The position numbers and the translations under genes are program-made. The notes under the pieces are model-generated. The model was not told where the DNA came from and did not search any database. It saw only the letters and a list, made by a program, of their open reading frames with translations. Positions 61,438 to 64,000 of a stretch of 64,000 bases of DNA are shown in pieces. Origin of the DNA: Takakia lepidozioides (Eukaryota; Plantae; Bryophyta); the NCBI GenBank assembly GCA_030704615.1, contig CM060734.1, forward strand, positions 39,184,001 to 39,248,000, in the 5' to 3' direction. Numbering within the stretch: position 1 is the stretch's first letter; each line of letters begins with the position of its first letter.

Positions 61438-63049
61438 TGCTCTCACACAATCTCACAATGGATTCAAAGAAGGAGGGACAGCGGATCTCTGCTGCGGAGA
61501 ACGAGCGAGAGAGACTCCGCAAGCAACATACCCACACTGAGGGATAAGGAAGACGGACCTACTACCGTGGATGCCCTTCCACCGTGGCGGTCCATAAACC
61601 TTCCGATTCTTAATTCCACGGTTGAGATTAAATGCAGTATTAGGCGGTGGCCTTTTCGGATAGACAGTTTAACTGGAAAACCGGCAGACTGGCCACCACA
61701 CGTACTCGTGTGGCGCTGCTACCTCTACACAATACGTGTGTTATACTTACATATATACGTACCATTGCGTATATTTGTATACGTTTATGTACTAGAGAAT
61801 GGCCATCGGGCGGACCCGTGCGAGCGGCGGGGCCGCGACCAGGGTCAACCGGTGGCCATTATCGAACGTAATTGGAATAGGGGAGTATTACTCGGGCTAC
61901 GAACCCAGATGTCCATATCAGAGCTAGGATAGCCAAGAAAAACGTGCCACGTGGTGAAATGTGGCAAACTCTCTTGACAAGTGAAGGGCCAAACCCTGAG
62001 AAACCTTGGGTGGCAGCGGAATTCGACCCCATGTCCAATTACGTACTGGATAGGAAGTTTTGGCTAGAGATAGAGACATATTTTTCTTCAACCCATAGTG
62101 TTTTATTTTTCATATTTCCAAAATCGCTGGCACGGCCACCTGTGAATTCCACCCCAGTGCCTATGTGGCGAGAATATCGAGGTGACAAAGTTAGAAAAGT
62201 GGCTATATTCCAGGTTTCACGTTTTCATTGGTCCACGTCTGCAAGATAAGGCTCCTGCAATTTATCTCCAGGTGCTTTTTGGCGAAAATCTCGGATTTTA
62301 CCCCCCATAATTCCTTTGTACAAGTAGCTGAGCAAGTTTCCAGGTCCAAATCTGGCGATTTTTCGCCAGAAAGAAAAACAGTAGGCTACCTACTCATAAT
62401 TTCCTTTACTGTATGTGGGACACTGACTGTGAGACATAAGAGGTAATATCTTCCAGAATATGTTTGAGTATATTATTTGAACAGCCAACTGGACATCCTT
62501 TTTGGTAGGAAATCAGAAGGCTAAAAAAAAAAGCAAAAAAATAAAAAAAGGCTGGAGTGCACTTTTTCGAACTCATAAGAGCTTCACCGCGGGATCTATT
62601 GACTTTTTCGAAAAAAATGACCCCCGCCTAGTAGAAACCCCCTCATTTTGATGATTCAACCCGACTATACCCAGCCACCTATCCCCGCACGCCCTGTCCA
62701 AATTTGGGGCCCAGCAGACCTGCAAAAACAGGGCTACCGTCTGGGGCCCTATTTTTGGCATTTTTCAAAAATAAACTAGAAAATTACAAGATTTTGTAGA
62801 ATTTGGATGTCGGGTGGAAATCTATTGGGCCGACTGGCCTCCCAGAAGTGAGGGGATAACTTAGTGCCGGGGCTGCCCAGCCTCGCGCCTGCCCGCTCCG
62901 CCACTGTCCTCTATGCCACGTTGGCGCACCAGCCACCGTCCTCATGCCCGCCCATCCACACCCCTTGCCCGAAGGTGGGCAGTGTCGCTACTCTCCAACA
63001 TACACTCAAAAGTGTGTGGCGAAAAACAAGTTGAACCGTACACTTTTAG

Positions 63050-63165
63050 AGAGGCTATCACATCTCAAAGTCCCTAGACGACGAATTGTTAATGGTTTTT
63101 GTACGGATTCCATTAGGCCATATATTCGTGTCAATTCTATTGGCTTTGAGATGTGAAAGCCGCTC
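63050..63165. repeat. Small MITE-like inverted repeat
   Basis: ggctatcacatctcaaag ... ctttgagatgtgaaagcc. Confidence 0.55.
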
Positions 63166-64000
63166 AACCATTATGATAACACAAATAGCACATCTCTTTT
63201 GTGTTTGACAACAATGTGCTAAAATACCACATAATGTGTGTGTGTGACGTATTCCGTGCCATTTTCGCACTTAAACAATGTGCGATGATACCAGCACGAC
63301 ATTAGTATTCAATTAGCACCTAGGGATTTAGTGTTACTTTCACACAAAATCGGTGCCCCACACTGCAGCCGTATTTTGTACTAAAATATTTCGCACAGAA
63401 TCAATGCAATCACTTTGGTTGGCGCAAGTCGTACAACCAATATAACTCGCAGCTGAAAGCTCAAAATGCTCGGAAAACTCAAACAATGAGCTGCAGTGAT
63501 AGCAAATCAGCTTCCTAAACCAAACCAAATAGCTTGGCTTCAAAAGAACCAAATATATAGACTAAAACCCACTTGTTCAAGGAAATAAGTTACAAGGTGA
63601 CTTCCTTCCTCTTACAGAGATTTGTACGGTTTTCGCAGTTGACAGATTGGCAATATAGTGAAAAAAATGCCAAAATGGTCGGAGCTATCTGGGTGAGGAC
63701 CGCAAAAGCTCAAAAAGCCTCTCCACATGTTAGTACAAGACATAATTCAAGTGAAAGCAACATAGGCGAGATTTAGAGGTCTGAACAAGGTTTGGAATGT
63801 CAGCCTCTCTCCTAAACGTACCACCCTACTTACTCCTCACCAAAACTAGCCCTTCATTACTTGTTACTAAAAGGGTTCTTCTACGACTTATCTGACTAGA
63901 TTTGAAACTGCTCCAGAGCTATATTTGAATTAACTCTTTACACATATTTATACTTGTTGGTGTCCAGGTGTTGCTAGTACCATCTGTTGCTGCATCTGTA

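Noticed and set aside
1-64000. CRISPR array, prokaryotic defence system or operon
   Set aside because: No regularly spaced repeat-spacer array or prokaryotic gene cluster; all genes are spliceosomal-intron plant genes.

Overview
Eukaryotic, intron-rich nuclear DNA from a land plant, most likely a non-seed plant. This is inferred from gene content and moss-like repeat motifs; the species cannot be determined. I assembled seven complete spliced genes exon by exon: an aprataxin-like PBZ/kinase/macro/HIT protein, a peroxisomal enoyl-CoA hydratase, SWC6/SEF, two inverted NIPP1-like FHA paralogues, plastid PDH-E1beta and plastid RPE. An eighth gene encodes a divergent catalytic-domain-only MTHFR/MetF-like protein, but its 5' exons are unresolved. 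Gene relics include a frameshifted PPR-E-DYW, a 3'-truncated AOX, two SWC6 5' fragments and an aromatic amino-acid decarboxylase fragment nested antisense in a PDH intron. Mobile DNA includes Copia, L1, a Gypsy fragment, hAT/MITE elements, tRNA-like SINE heads and two less usual non-LTR families: an APE-RT family with (CT)n tails found only in introns here, and an RLE-type family with a structured 3' end. The most notable observations are the atypical MTHFR-like gene, an apparent intron gain in one FHA paralogue, and these two non-LTR families. All coordinates and translations were derived by hand and no database search was possible.
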